From Gemmatimonadota bacterium (GTDB lineage Bacteria > Gemmatimonadota > Gemmatimonadetes > Palauibacterales > Palauibacteraceae): a stretch of DNA of 64,000 nt. This document shows, in pieces, positions 28,690 through 39,121 of this stretch (the stretch's first letter is position 1; every line of letters starts with the position of its first letter). The notes beneath the pieces are model-generated. The model had not been told where the DNA came from. It saw only the letters and a list, made by a program, of their open reading frames with translations, and did not search any database. Location: contig JBDHGL010000003.1 of assembly GCA_039589875.1 (NCBI GenBank), positions 4,035-68,034 of the forward strand. The letters are read 5' to 3'. The position numbers and the translations under genes are program-made.

Positions 28690-30321
28690 ATGGCCATCGA
28701 GGACCAAGCGCCGACAACTAAGGTGCCCCCCCGGAGCGTCAAGCCCCCGGGTCGCCCGCAAGCTGCGCGATCCGATCGCATCCTCTGGGTCGACGATGAA
28801 GTCGACCTCCTGAAACCGCATCTCATGCTGCTCCGGAACGAGGGGTACGCGGTGGATGCGATTATGAACGGGAACGACGCTCTCGAGCTCCTTCGCCGGG
28901 AAACCTACGATCTTGTGCTCCTCGACGAGCAGATGCCGGGGCTGCGCGGTATCGACGTGCTCAAGGAGCTACGCCAACGCGCTCCTCGACTTCCTGTCGT
29001 GATGGTGACGAAGAGCGAAGCAGACTCGACGATGCATGAGGCGATCGGCCGGCGGGCCGATGACTACATCGTGAAGCCTACGAGCCCGCGGCAGGTGCTC
29101 TCGGTAGTCACTCGCTTGCTGGCCGGGCCGGCTCTACGGCATGAGCAGATCTCGCGCGATTTCGCCCGCCGCTTCGGTGAGCTCCGTGAGAAGGTATCCC
29201 GAGCCACGACCTGGCGAGACTGGGCCGAGCTGTATTCCGAGATGGTGGATTGGGAGCTTCGCCTCGACGAATCGAACGAGCGCGGCCTCAAGGAGATCCT
29301 CGAGTCTCTGATCACGGACCTGCGTCGAGGGTACTGCGATCTTGTCGTGGACCGGTACGAAGACTGGGTCCACGAAGGCGGCGAGCGGGGACCGATCCTG
29401 TCGGTAGACGTGCTGAACCGCTTCCTTCGACCCGTCCTCGAAGACGAGTCGACGCTCCTGATCATCATGGATTGTATGAGGCTGGATCAATGGCGAGCCA
29501 TCGTGCCGCAGATCAGCGAGTATTTCGAGGTTGAAGAGACGCTGTACGCGTCGATTTTGCCGACGGCTACTCCCTTCTCGCGCAACGCGATCTTTAGCGG
29601 GCTCTTCCCGGATGAGCTGGCCGAACGGTACGAGGAATGGTGGGGGGGAAGCGAGGAGAAGGCCGGATACAACTGGTTCGAAGACGAGCTCCTGCATGAC
29701 CATATCGAGGAGCTGGCCGGCGCACCCGTACGCACCCATTACGAGAAGATCTTCTCCAGCGAAGAGAGCGGCGCCATGCTGGGCCGTCTCGCCGGCTACC
29801 TGTCAGCAGCCTCGGTAACGGCACTCGTCTTCGGCTTCGTAGATCTTCTGACGCACGGTCGCAGCGAGTCGAAGCTCCTTTGGGAGATCGCTCGTGACTC
29901 GAGCGCGCTTCGCCGCCTCACCGTCACCTGGTTCGAAAGATCGGCGGCGTTTGAGGCTCTGAGGCAGGCGGCGCGTCAGGGCGTCCGGGTGCTGTTCACG
30001 ACGGACCACGGTTCGCTTCACTGTCACCGGCCCGCCACCGTTTACGCCAAGCGTGATGCGACCGCGAACCTGCGCTACAAGTTCGGGGATGATCTGAGAG
30101 TCGAGAATCCGTCCGCGGTTCTGGCCAAAGCGGACGCGGACGCTCTGCGCCTGCCGCCCGGCGGTATGAAGACCAATTATCTCATTTGCCGTGACGACTA
30201 TTTCTTCGTCTATCCGACCAAGCTTCGCGAGTACCAGCAGCGCTATCGGGACAGCTTCCTGCACGGCGGGGTGAGCCCGGAGGAGATGATCCTCCCGGCG
30301 GCGCTCCTCACTCCACGGTGA
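28690..30321 (+). CDS. PorX-like response regulator: receiver + PglZ/alkaline-phosphatase-superfamily domain
   Basis: ILWVDDE, LLDEQMPG, MVTKSE, KP; then DCMRLDQW, LPTATPFSRNAIFSG, DLLTH, TTDHGS, TANLRYKFG, HGGVS.EEM. Confidence 0.9.
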   Translation: MAIEDQAPTTKVPPRSVKPPGRPQAARSDRILWVDDEVDLLKPHLMLLRNEGYAVDAIMNGNDALELLRRETYDLVLLDEQMPGLRGIDVLKELRQRAPRLPVVMVTKSEADSTMHEAIGRRADDYIVKPTSPRQVLSVVTRLLAGPALRHEQISRDFARRFGELREKVSRATTWRDWAELYSEMVDWELRLDESNERGLKEILESLITDLRRGYCDLVVDRYEDWVHEGGERGPILSVDVLNRFLRPVLEDESTLLIIMDCMRLDQWRAIVPQISEYFEVEETLYASILPTATPFSRNAIFSGLFPDELAERYEEWWGGSEEKAGYNWFEDELLHDHIEELAGAPVRTHYEKIFSSEESGAMLGRLAGYLSAASVTALVFGFVDLLTHGRSESKLLWEIARDSSALRRLTVTWFERSAAFEALRQAARQGVRVLFTTDHGSLHCHRPATVYAKRDATANLRYKFGDDLRVENPSAVLAKADADALRLPPGGMKTNYLICRDDYFFVYPTKLREYQQRYRDSFLHGGVSPEEMILPAALLTPR

Positions 30322-30331
30322 AGGGCCCCGC

Positions 30332-31090
30332 TTGATCTACGTCGGCGTTCCGGCCCACAACGAGCGGGCCACGATCGGCTTGCTCCTGTGGCGCGTTCGC
30401 CAGATCCTCACGAGCCTCGATCGCGACTTCGAGATGTTGGTCGTGGATGATGCGTCTACGGATGGAACGGCAGAAGCTCTCGATCCCTATAGGCGCGTGC
30501 TTCCGCTGACCGTCTTTCAGCAGCCGAAGCGACTGGGCTACGCCGCATCGGTTGAACGACTGCTCAAGGAGGCGGTCAAGCGCTCTGCCTACCCGAAGAG
30601 AGACGCGCTGATCTGTATGCAGGGCGATTTTACCGATCCGCCCGAAGCCATTCCTGAGATGCTGAAGCGATTCGAAGGCGGGGTGGATCTCGTCGCGGCT
30701 GCCGGCGAGTGCGACATCTCGGCGCCGCGGGCGGTTCGCGTTGCCCACAGGTTCTCGAGCGTCGTGTCGGGGTCGCTACCGACCCCTTCCGAGATCTCCG
30801 ATCCGTTCCGCAGCTTTCGGCTTTACCGGCTGTTCGTGCTCAAGCGGGCCCTTTCGCGGGCGTCGGACGCTAGGCTGTTGAAACACAAGGGCTGGGCCGC
30901 AAACGCGGAGCTGCTGCTTTCGGTTTGGCCGCACGTGCGTCAGGTCGACGAGTTGAGCACGCGAGCGGACTATTCCCGGCGCTACCGCGGGAGTCGTTTC
31001 CGCGCCGTGCCGGAGCTTTGGAATCTGCTTCAGGCGTCGCGAGACCGTCGGCTGCGGGGGCCGCGATTGAGCCCTGGGAGCGAGACGTAA
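30332..31090 (+). CDS. GT2-family glycosyltransferase (DPM1-like)
   Basis: VPAHNE, VVDDASTDGT. The DxD position reads QGDFT. Confidence 0.8.
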   Translation: MIYVGVPAHNERATIGLLLWRVRQILTSLDRDFEMLVVDDASTDGTAEALDPYRRVLPLTVFQQPKRLGYAASVERLLKEAVKRSAYPKRDALICMQGDFTDPPEAIPEMLKRFEGGVDLVAAAGECDISAPRAVRVAHRFSSVVSGSLPTPSEISDPFRSFRLYRLFVLKRALSRASDARLLKHKGWAANAELLLSVWPHVRQVDELSTRADYSRRYRGSRFRAVPELWNLLQASRDRRLRGPRLSPGSET

Positions 31091-31125
31091 GCTCTTTTGC
31101 GAGAGGTGGATCGCGCCGGTAATAT

Positions 31126-31530
31126 GTGGATGCGCGATCCGCGCAACCGAGACAAGCCAGGCAATCAGGGCCGTCCGTCAAGAACGGCGACACGGCCGAG
31201 ACCGCTCTAGGAGGTGAGCCGTTGGGGAACAACAGCTTCGAACCCAGTCCGCTCGACAGAGCCAGAGACGAACTGTTCAGCCACATTCGCCGTTGCGGCG
31301 TGCTCGAAGCCGAGCTCGACCAGCGAGAGGAGTGGCTCAGTGATACCGTGGGATACCTCGCGGAGCGATACCCCGATTTGGGCAAGATCGAGTTGGCCGA
31401 ATTGCACGCGATCGGTCAGCGCTATTGCATGCCGCCGATCCGGCACGGGGACGCTGACGCGGATGATGCCGAGAAGGAAGAAGGAAGCCACGAACTCGAT
31501 GGCGAGCGAGGCGAGGTAAACGCAGCCTGA
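31126..31530 (+). CDS. Hypothetical helical protein
   Basis: Co-oriented ORF; core PLDRARDELFSHIRRCGVLEA..W..DT..YLAERYP..L..IG.RYC.P. Confidence 0.6.
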   Translation: MDARSAQPRQARQSGPSVKNGDTAETALGGEPLGNNSFEPSPLDRARDELFSHIRRCGVLEAELDQREEWLSDTVGYLAERYPDLGKIELAELHAIGQRYCMPPIRHGDADADDAEKEEGSHELDGERGEVNAA

Positions 31531-31638
31531 GTCCCATTCCGATACCTGAGGGCCGCCGGCAGCGCCGGTCGGCCCAACCCACGATTCTCCGAAGCCCTTT
31601 AGGGGCGAGCGGCCGGGAGCGCGGTTGCTCGATTTCCG

Positions 31639-33033
31639 ATGGATTCTGAGCTGCTGCTGAAGCTGGCGGCCGTCCTGGTGCTGGTCGGCGCGAACGCGTT
31701 TTTCGTGGCCGCCGAGTTCGCGTTGGTCAGTGTCCGACGAACACGCATTCGGGAGCTCGTCGATTCAGGAGACCGGCTGGCTCGCAGGGTCCAGAAGGCC
31801 CAGGAGAACCTGGATCTCGCGATCTCCGGCACTCAGCTCGGCATCACCTTGGCCTCGCTCGGGCTGGGCTGGATCGGCGAGCCGGCCGTAGCGGGCACCA
31901 TTCGGGACACGTTCTCCGGTCTCCCCGCTCCGTGGGCTTCGATCGCCACACATGGCGTGGCGACGACGCTCGCTTTCCTGCTGATCACCTACCTGCACAT
32001 CGTGTTGGGGGAGCTCGCCCCGAAGACGGTCGCGCTTCTGAAACCGGAAACGGTGAGTCGCTTCGTTGCAGCGCCGCTGAACGCCTTCAACGCCCTTGTC
32101 CGCCCGGCGATATGGTTTCTGAACGGATCCGCGGGCCTCTTCCTGCGGTTGATCGGCATGCGGCCGGCGGACGCCGAGGAGCAGGTGCACAGCCCGGAGG
32201 AGATCCAGCTCCTTCTCCAGGAGAGCCGTCGCGAAGGCGCGGTAGAGCAGGACGAAGAGGCGATGATTCACGGGGTGTTCGAGCTGACCCATACGGTGGC
32301 CCGGGAGGTGATGACTCCGCGTCCCGACATCGAGGCGGTCTCCGCGGACGCGTCTCTGGACGAGGTAGTCGAGGTGGCCGGCCGGACGGGCCACTCCCGG
32401 TTCCCGGTCCTCGAGGGCTCCTTGGACAAGATCGTCGGCGTGTTGATCGTGAAAGACTTGCTGCCGTGGTTCCAGAAGGACGACTGGACCGGGTTCCGCG
32501 CCGGCGACGCTGCGCGCGAAGCCTACTATGTGCCGGACAGCAAGCCCGTCGACGACCTGCTCGCGCAGATGCGACATGAGAAAGTCCATCTGGCGGTGGT
32601 CGTAGACGAGTTCGGTGGTACCGACGGTATCGTCACGCTGGAGGATCTTCTCGAAGAGATCGTCGGTGATATCTACGACGAGCACGATCCCGCACGTCAA
32701 CCCGACATCGCCGTGAAGCCCGGCGGTCGCGTCGAGGTGGATGGAGGGATGTCCTTGTCGGATCTTATCGAAGAGTTCGGGCTGTCCGCCGCCGAAAACG
32801 AATACGATACTGTGGCAGGATATGTCATCGGAGTGCTCGGCCGGATTCCTGAAAAAGGAGAGCGCGTGAGGCTTGGCGAGGCGGAGCTCGAGGTCCGTGA
32901 CGTGGCGGACCGACGGGTTACGTTGTTGGAGCTGCACCATCCCGCGGCGGAGCAAGCTGGAGAAGACCCGGCCGAGTCGGCGTCGACCGACACCGCGGAC
33001 CGCGAGCTGAACGGAAGGAAGCGCCCGGCGTGA
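31639..33033 (+). CDS. Hemolysin-family CNNM/CBS/CorC protein (TlyC-like)
   Basis: FFVAAEFALVS, QLGIT, GELAPK, CBS pair (VMTPR, HSRFPV, VVDEFGGTDGIVTLEDLLEEIVG), CorC domain. Confidence 0.93.
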   Translation: MDSELLLKLAAVLVLVGANAFFVAAEFALVSVRRTRIRELVDSGDRLARRVQKAQENLDLAISGTQLGITLASLGLGWIGEPAVAGTIRDTFSGLPAPWASIATHGVATTLAFLLITYLHIVLGELAPKTVALLKPETVSRFVAAPLNAFNALVRPAIWFLNGSAGLFLRLIGMRPADAEEQVHSPEEIQLLLQESRREGAVEQDEEAMIHGVFELTHTVAREVMTPRPDIEAVSADASLDEVVEVAGRTGHSRFPVLEGSLDKIVGVLIVKDLLPWFQKDDWTGFRAGDAAREAYYVPDSKPVDDLLAQMRHEKVHLAVVVDEFGGTDGIVTLEDLLEEIVGDIYDEHDPARQPDIAVKPGGRVEVDGGMSLSDLIEEFGLSAAENEYDTVAGYVIGVLGRIPEKGERVRLGEAELEVRDVADRRVTLLELHHPAAEQAGEDPAESASTDTADRELNGRKRPA

Positions 33034-34088
33034 ACGACGACGCATGGAGTAGCGAGCGGTACAACAGGGAGGCGCAAGACCTCTACGAGACCGGCGCGTG
33101 GGAAGAAGCGCGGCAGCTGCTGCGCGTCGGTGTGGCGGAGCACCCGGAAAACCTCGGACTGCGGGTGTCGTTGGCCTATGCGGAGCTGGCGTGCGAGGAA
33201 TACGCCTGGGCCAGGATGGCCTTCGAGGAGGTCCTGGGGCTGGATCCAGAGAACGAGGACGCCTTGCTGGGACTCGGCGAGGTGATGCTGAAGCTGGATC
33301 GGCCGCGTGCCTTCGCGCTGTTCGACCAGGTCATGAGCAAGCGTGTGGAAACAGAGCCTGATCTTGCACTCGCGATCGGCCGGGCGCTGTACCGCGAGAA
33401 TCTGTACGACCGAGCCCTACCCTTCTTCGAAGAAGCGCTCTCGGCAGGCAGGCCGGCCGACGCGGCCGCGGAGATCGCCTACACCCTCTATAACCTGGAC
33501 CGCACCGACGAGGCGATACCCTTCCTCGAAGCCGCTGTCGAGGCGGATCCGGAGCATCATGAGGCCCGGGTGTTTCTGGGCACCGTCCTCTACGAGAGAG
33601 GTGATCTCGATGGGGCAATTCGGATGTTCGGTCGCGTCCCGCCGTCCGAGTTCTGGGACGCGCTGGCACTTTGGCGGACGATCGAGCTGCTGCGAGCTTC
33701 CAAGATGCCGGATCCCGCCCTCGAGCCGTACCACGCCAGGCTCAAAGAACTGACCGTGGACCCGTCGCCGGAGGATCGGTTGCTCGCCGCCCTGGAGGCC
33801 GGCGTCGACATCGCGACAAACCAGCGACAGCTGGACCTGTTTGGGCGACCCGCTCCCCGGCCTCATGTGGTGCACGCGCGGGACGGGCGCACTTACGCGG
33901 GCGAGTGGAGCGACATCGTCCGAGCGATGCGTGACGACGGACCGGACCCGTCGATGTCGATGCGGGAGTTTATGAGCACGGCGTCGAGCATCATCCTGAG
34001 CGCGACCGGGATCCGGGTTCCGGACGATGACCCGGAAGCCTTCATTCGCGGCTCGGAAAGAGCCGGAGCCTTGAGGATCGGACGATGA
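33030..34088 (+). CDS. Tetratricopeptide-repeat protein with small C-terminal domain
   Basis: TPR units (LDPENEDALLGLGE, ADPEHHEARVFLG). Coupled to both neighbours by 4-nt overlaps. Confidence 0.8.
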   Translation: MNDDAWSSERYNREAQDLYETGAWEEARQLLRVGVAEHPENLGLRVSLAYAELACEEYAWARMAFEEVLGLDPENEDALLGLGEVMLKLDRPRAFALFDQVMSKRVETEPDLALAIGRALYRENLYDRALPFFEEALSAGRPADAAAEIAYTLYNLDRTDEAIPFLEAAVEADPEHHEARVFLGTVLYERGDLDGAIRMFGRVPPSEFWDALALWRTIELLRASKMPDPALEPYHARLKELTVDPSPEDRLLAALEAGVDIATNQRQLDLFGRPAPRPHVVHARDGRTYAGEWSDIVRAMRDDGPDPSMSMREFMSTASSIILSATGIRVPDDDPEAFIRGSERAGALRIGR

Positions 34089-34747
34089 GCGTAGATGCCT
34101 TGGCGGGACTTCTCGCCCGGAGGTTGGAGGAAGTTGGGCGAGTGGATGACGAGGTCGTTTCGGTCGCGGAGCTGCACCGCACGCTCCTGCCCTACCACAT
34201 CTGTCGAAACACGCTCGGCTATACGACGAAAGCTGAGTATGACGTGGAGCTTCTGGAGCTGCTCGCAACGGAACAGTTCCTTTTTCCGGCCGAGAACGAG
34301 CTGCGCTCGGCGGTTAGCGTCGAGCGAACGTCACCCGAGCCAGGCCTCGGCTTTCTGAAACACTTCGCGGCCGCCCAGCTGCGGATTCAGCCGACCTTGG
34401 CTGGAGAGCCGCTGGCACGGTCGACCACTGCGCCGCCTGCGCCATCCCCTGCCTCGATCGATTCGCCTTCGTCCTCCGATCGGCAGATGGCGGAAGACGA
34501 GGGGGGCAAGCCGGCCGAGAGGGCCGAGTCGAGGACGCCGCAACCAGAGGCGATCGGGGCGGGAACGGCGGTCTGCTGGAGGTGTCAGAAAGCGCTGCCA
34601 GACCGCGCGGGCCTTCGCTACTGCGTGTTCTGCGGTTCCGATCAACAGCGGCCCTGTTGTCTGGCGTGCGACGAGGAGCTCGACGGAGACTGGCGGTTCT
34701 GTCCGCGCTGCGGCACGGACTGTTCGGCTGCTGCCGATAGCGCGTGA
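34085..34747 (+). CDS. Double zinc-ribbon protein
   Basis: CWRC..YCVFCG..CLAC..WRFCPRCG at the C-terminus. Confidence 0.8.
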   Translation: MSVDALAGLLARRLEEVGRVDDEVVSVAELHRTLLPYHICRNTLGYTTKAEYDVELLELLATEQFLFPAENELRSAVSVERTSPEPGLGFLKHFAAAQLRIQPTLAGEPLARSTTAPPAPSPASIDSPSSSDRQMAEDEGGKPAERAESRTPQPEAIGAGTAVCWRCQKALPDRAGLRYCVFCGSDQQRPCCLACDEELDGDWRFCPRCGTDCSAAADSA

Positions 34748-35802
34748 TCCGGATCGCCCTTCTTCCGGGCGATGGGATCGGACCGGAGGTCGTACAGGAA
34801 GCGCGGCGGGTTCTCGAGGCCGCCGACTCGGCTGGTCTTATCGACGTGGACTTCGAAGAATTTCCTCACGGCGCGGATCACTATCTCGCGACCGGCGAGA
34901 CGCTCGGGGACGAGGCGTTCGCCCGACTGCGCGATGAGTTTTCGGCGATTCTGCTGGGTGCCGTAGGGGACAGCCGCGTCCCCGACGGGCGGCACGCTCG
35001 GGACATCCTCCTCGGTCTTCGCTTCGGGCTCGACCTGTTCGTAAACCTGAGACCCGTACGGCTGCGCACCGGCGACCTGACTCCGCTTCGACTCGCGGAT
35101 GGCGAGACGATCGATTTCACGATCGTGCGCGAGAATACGGAAGGTTTTTACACCGGCTCCGGAGGCACATTGCGGAAGGGCACCGACCAGGAGGTGGCGA
35201 TCAGCGAGTCGCTCGCTACTCGATACGGCGTCCAACGGGTTGTCCTGGCGGCCTTCGAGTTGGCGAGGAAGGAGGGTCGCAGCCGCGTCACCTTGGGAGA
35301 CAAGGCGAATGCGGTTCCGCACGTCTACGGTCTTTGGAGAAGGACCTTCCTCGACGTCGCCCAGGAGTATCCGGAGCTGGAGGCGGAGATGCGCTATGTG
35401 GACGCTCTCGCGATGGAGCTCGTTCGGCACCCGGCTCACTTCGATGTCATCGTGACCGAGAATCTTCTCGGAGACATTCTCTCGGATCTTGGAGCCGGCT
35501 TGGTCGGCGGGCTCGGGATCGCCCCATCGGCCAACCTCGATCTGCGCGGACACGGGTTGTTCGAGCCCGTGCACGGCAGCGCTCCGGCCCTGACGGGAAC
35601 CGGGGAGGCCAATCCGATGGCTGCGGTGCTGAGCGCTGCGCTGCTCGCGCGTCACAACGAGGCGGAAGAAGCGGCGGAGCGGATCGAGCTCGCCGTGGAT
35701 AGCGCCCTTCGCGCCGGAGTCCGGACTCCCGATCTCGGCGGTTCGATGACTACCTCGGAGGTGGGTCGCTGGCTGGCGGAGCGAGTAGCCGACTCGTCCT
35801 GA
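34744..35802 (+). CDS. Isopropylmalate/isocitrate/tartrate dehydrogenase family (LeuB-like)
   Basis: GDGIGPEV, NLRP, RENTEG, DKAN, NLLGDILSD, EPVHGSAP. No leuC or leuD nearby. Confidence 0.88.
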   Translation: MIRIALLPGDGIGPEVVQEARRVLEAADSAGLIDVDFEEFPHGADHYLATGETLGDEAFARLRDEFSAILLGAVGDSRVPDGRHARDILLGLRFGLDLFVNLRPVRLRTGDLTPLRLADGETIDFTIVRENTEGFYTGSGGTLRKGTDQEVAISESLATRYGVQRVVLAAFELARKEGRSRVTLGDKANAVPHVYGLWRRTFLDVAQEYPELEAEMRYVDALAMELVRHPAHFDVIVTENLLGDILSDLGAGLVGGLGIAPSANLDLRGHGLFEPVHGSAPALTGTGEANPMAAVLSAALLARHNEAEEAAERIELAVDSALRAGVRTPDLGGSMTTSEVGRWLAERVADSS

Positions 35803-35902
35803 TCGGGCGGTTACTCGGCAGTGCTAAATCTCCGGCTTCGGTGTACGCTTACGCTGCATAATAACGGGACAAACGACTGCACACGGAGAAAGGCTTCGCG
35901 AT

Positions 35903-37102
35903 ATGGGAACCATGGGGAGTGAACGGGATGTCGTCTTCCTCTCGGCGGTGCGAACGCCGTTTGGGACCTTCGGGGGAAGCCTGAAGGACCATTCGGCCAC
36001 GGACCTCGGCGGCGTGGCCTCGGAGGTAGCCATCGAGCGATCGGGCGCCGACCCCGAAGCCTTCGACAATGTCTATTTCGGCAACGTTATCCAGACCTCG
36101 GCGGACGCGATTTACCTGGCGCGCCACGTGGGGCTCCGGGCGGGACTACCGATAGAAGTACCGGCCGTGACGCTGAATCGCCTGTGTGGCTCGGGCTTCC
36201 AGGCGGTCATCGATGGTGCGCGGAGCATCGTCCTGGGAGAGAGCCGCCTCTGTCTGAGTGGGGGAGCCGAGTCCATGAGCCAGGCTCCTCACGTGGTTAG
36301 AGGCGTGCGTTGGGGCAAGCTGCGTCTGGGTCCCTCCGCACCCTTCGAAGATACGCTGTGGGAGGCCCTGACCGATCCCTACTGCGGCTACTCGATGGCG
36401 GAAACCGCCGAGAACCTGGCAGCCGAGTACGATGTCAGCCGGGCCGAGGTCGACGAGTACGCGGTTCGCAGTCAGCAGCTGGCCGGGGCGGCCTGGGATG
36501 GCGGTCGGTTCGAGGACGAGGTCGTTCCTGTGACGGTGAAGGCGCGCGGGCAGGAAGTGGAGTTCAGCAGCGATGAGCACATGCGGCCCGATACGACGAC
36601 AGAAGCCCTCTCTAAGCTGCGGCCCTATTTCAAAAAGGACGGTCTTGTTACCGCCGGGAATGCCAGCGGGATCGGCGATGGTGCTGCCGCGCTCGTCATC
36701 GCCGACGCCGAGTATGCCTCTGCAGAGGGTCTCGAGCTTCTCGGGCGCCTCGTATCCTGGGCCGTCGTCGGCGTGGACCCGCGAATCATGGGGATCGGCC
36801 CGGCACCGGCCTCTCGGGCCGCGCTCGCTCAAGCGGATCTGACGCTCGACGACATGGAGATCGTGGAGGTAAACGAGGCGTTTGCTCCGCAATACGTGGC
36901 CGTCGAGAAGGAGCTGGGGCTGCAGCGTGACAAGGTGAACGTGAACGGTGGGGCCATTGCGCTCACGCACCCGCTGGCGGCAAGCGGTGCACGAATCACG
37001 GCGCACCTGCTACACGAGCTTCGGCGACGCGGCGGTGGGTACGGGCTCGGCTCCGCCTGCATCGGAGGAGGACAGGGGATCGCCGTCGTCGTAGAGGTTT
37101 GA
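35903..37102 (+). CDS. Acetyl-CoA C-acyltransferase (thiolase)
   Basis: NRLCGSG, VTAGNASG, NEAF, GGAIALTHP, SACIGGGQG. Confidence 0.95.
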   Translation: MGTMGSERDVVFLSAVRTPFGTFGGSLKDHSATDLGGVASEVAIERSGADPEAFDNVYFGNVIQTSADAIYLARHVGLRAGLPIEVPAVTLNRLCGSGFQAVIDGARSIVLGESRLCLSGGAESMSQAPHVVRGVRWGKLRLGPSAPFEDTLWEALTDPYCGYSMAETAENLAAEYDVSRAEVDEYAVRSQQLAGAAWDGGRFEDEVVPVTVKARGQEVEFSSDEHMRPDTTTEALSKLRPYFKKDGLVTAGNASGIGDGAAALVIADAEYASAEGLELLGRLVSWAVVGVDPRIMGIGPAPASRAALAQADLTLDDMEIVEVNEAFAPQYVAVEKELGLQRDKVNVNGGAIALTHPLAASGARITAHLLHELRRRGGGYGLGSACIGGGQGIAVVVEV

Positions 37103-37153
37103 CGCGACGGTTGATAGCGGCTCTAATACTACGCTTTACCAGGACGCTTTACT

Positions 37154-38101
37154 ATGGAGACCATACTTGCACTCGTAGCTATCGGGGGAGCGACCGCTCT
37201 CGCTACCAGCCTTAGGATTCTCAAGGAGTACGAGCGAGCCGTCGTCTTCCGGCTCGGCCGCGTCCGGCCCATCCGAGGACCTGGCCTGATCTTTCTGGTG
37301 CCGTTCGGTGTGGAGCGGATGCAGCGGGTCAGTTTGCGCATCATCGCGATGGACATCCCGCCGCAGGACGTCATCACTCGTGACAACGTGTCGGTGAAGG
37401 TAAACGCGGTTCTTTATTTCCGAGTGGCCAACGCCAGCCGCGCGGTGCTGGAAATCGAGGACTTTCTGTTTGCCACATCACAGCTTGCCCAGACGACACT
37501 TCGGTCCGTGATCGGACAGGCGGAGCTGGATGAACTGCTCGCCGAGCGGGAGAAGTTCAACGAGATCCTCCGCCAGATCATAGACGAGGGAACGGACGTT
37601 TGGGGGATCGATGTCACCGCCGTGGAGGTCAAGGATGTGGATCTTCCGCAGGAGATGAAGCGCATGATCGCCCGCCAGGCAGAAGCCGAGCGAGAGAGGC
37701 GAGCCAAGGTGATCAACGCGGAAGGCGAGCTGCAGGCGGCCGACAAGCTGCGTCAGGCGGCCGGCCTGTTGAGCGAGCAGCCGGCTTCGCTGCAACTGCG
37801 TTTCCTTCAGACCGCCACCGAGATCGCGGCCGAGAACAACTCGACAACCCTCTTTCCGCTGCCGCTCAACTTTGCGCCCTTCCGAGACCTTCTCGGAGAC
37901 CTTATGGCGTCTACCGGGGCCCAGGACGCGGACGACGAGAGCGAAGAGCGTGCTGCTGTTGTGGAGGGAGGCGCCAAACGGGAGATCGAAGGCGATGGCG
38001 GCGGACCGGCGAGGCTAGGTGCCGGCGCCGGAGCAGGCGAGACGAAGGAAGAGAGCGGCGAACGCGCCGCAGTGAAGTCCGAGCGAACGGCGGATGCCTG
38101 A
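37154..38101 (+). CDS. SPFH/band-7 (slipin/stomatin-like) protein
   Basis: [59 protein letters not shown]. Confidence 0.93.
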   Translation: METILALVAIGGATALATSLRILKEYERAVVFRLGRVRPIRGPGLIFLVPFGVERMQRVSLRIIAMDIPPQDVITRDNVSVKVNAVLYFRVANASRAVLEIEDFLFATSQLAQTTLRSVIGQAELDELLAEREKFNEILRQIIDEGTDVWGIDVTAVEVKDVDLPQEMKRMIARQAEAERERRAKVINAEGELQAADKLRQAAGLLSEQPASLQLRFLQTATEIAAENNSTTLFPLPLNFAPFRDLLGDLMASTGAQDADDESEERAAVVEGGAKREIEGDGGGPARLGAGAGAGETKEESGERAAVKSERTADA

Positions 38102-38978
38102 ACCGAGCTCGCGTCAGGACGCGCAACCGGGCGCGGATAGTGCCGCGCTGCCAGCGACGCGCGTCTCGTCATCCGATCTAGAACGCGTCATTCGACGGGC
38201 TGCAGAGCTCCAGTTCGATGAGGGCGATGACGTCACGGATCTCGAGGTCCCGGAGGTCGTTCGGATCGGGGAGGAGGTCGGCCTCGAGCCCCGTCACGTT
38301 CGACGTGCTCTCGCGGAGGTCCAGGCAGATTCGCTCTTGCCGCCTCTTCCCACCGAGCACGGAATCCCGAGTCGGCTGTGGGGCCCCGGGGTCGTCAGGC
38401 ACAGCCGGGCGGTGCGCGGAGACGCGGTGACGGTTCTTGCCCTGCTCGAGCACCATTTCGAGGAGAAAGAGAGCCTCCGCTGCGTGCGCCGCAAGCCAGG
38501 ACGCTCGCTGTGGGAGCCTGCAGCGGGCCTTGTGAAACAGATGCAGCGAGCGATCGACGTGGGAGGCCATGGCTACGAGCTGGCCAAGGCGCGCAACGTT
38601 CAGCTGGCTGTGGAAGAGCTCGAGGAAGGCTGGTCCCTGGTCACGATCTCGGTGGACCTACGAAATCTACGGACCGAACAGGCAACGGGCTGGCTTCTGG
38701 GCTTGGGCCTCAGCGGGACGGGAGGAGCCGTGGCCTCGGCAGTACTCGCCGGAAGCACGGTCGGCTTCGTTATCGCGCCCTTCCTCGCTCTGGGGTTCTG
38801 GGGCGCTGCGAGCTGGGCTGCCGGGCGAACCATCCAGAAGTCCAGATCGAGAATCGAGTTGATCGCCCTCGGCCTACTTGACCGTCTCGAGCAGGGCGAG
38901 ATCGGTGCGCCGAAGGAGAAGGAGGGGCCGGCCTGGAAGGAGTGGCTGCTCACCGGGAAGGGTCTTGGCGACGATTGA
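38094..38978 (+). CDS. Hypothetical membrane protein
   Basis: Overlaps the SPFH stop. [19 protein letters not shown]...VRRAL.E N-domain and a two-TM hairpin near the C-terminus. Confidence 0.7.
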   Translation: MPEPSSRQDAQPGADSAALPATRVSSSDLERVIRRAAELQFDEGDDVTDLEVPEVVRIGEEVGLEPRHVRRALAEVQADSLLPPLPTEHGIPSRLWGPGVVRHSRAVRGDAVTVLALLEHHFEEKESLRCVRRKPGRSLWEPAAGLVKQMQRAIDVGGHGYELAKARNVQLAVEELEEGWSLVTISVDLRNLRTEQATGWLLGLGLSGTGGAVASAVLAGSTVGFVIAPFLALGFWGAASWAAGRTIQKSRSRIELIALGLLDRLEQGEIGAPKEKEGPAWKEWLLTGKGLGDD

Positions 38979-39121
38979 CGGGTAGGGGCCTGAGACGTTG
39001 CGCCAATTGGTGTATCTAACGACTATTCAACGGATTGTTGAGGCATTAGTGCATAAGCGATAGCATATCGTCACATGATATTGCTGGAAACGAGCGAGAT
39101 AGATGACTACGGAGGCGAGAC

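Noticed and set aside
28690-30321. BREX defence system (PglZ domain)
   Set aside because: The PglZ-like domain is fused to a receiver domain as in PorX; no brxC or pglX nearby.
38979-39121. Imperfect palindromes upstream of hbd (TCAAC-N5-GTTGA; AGCATATC..GATATTGCT)
   Set aside because: Short and imperfect; no recognisable regulator consensus.
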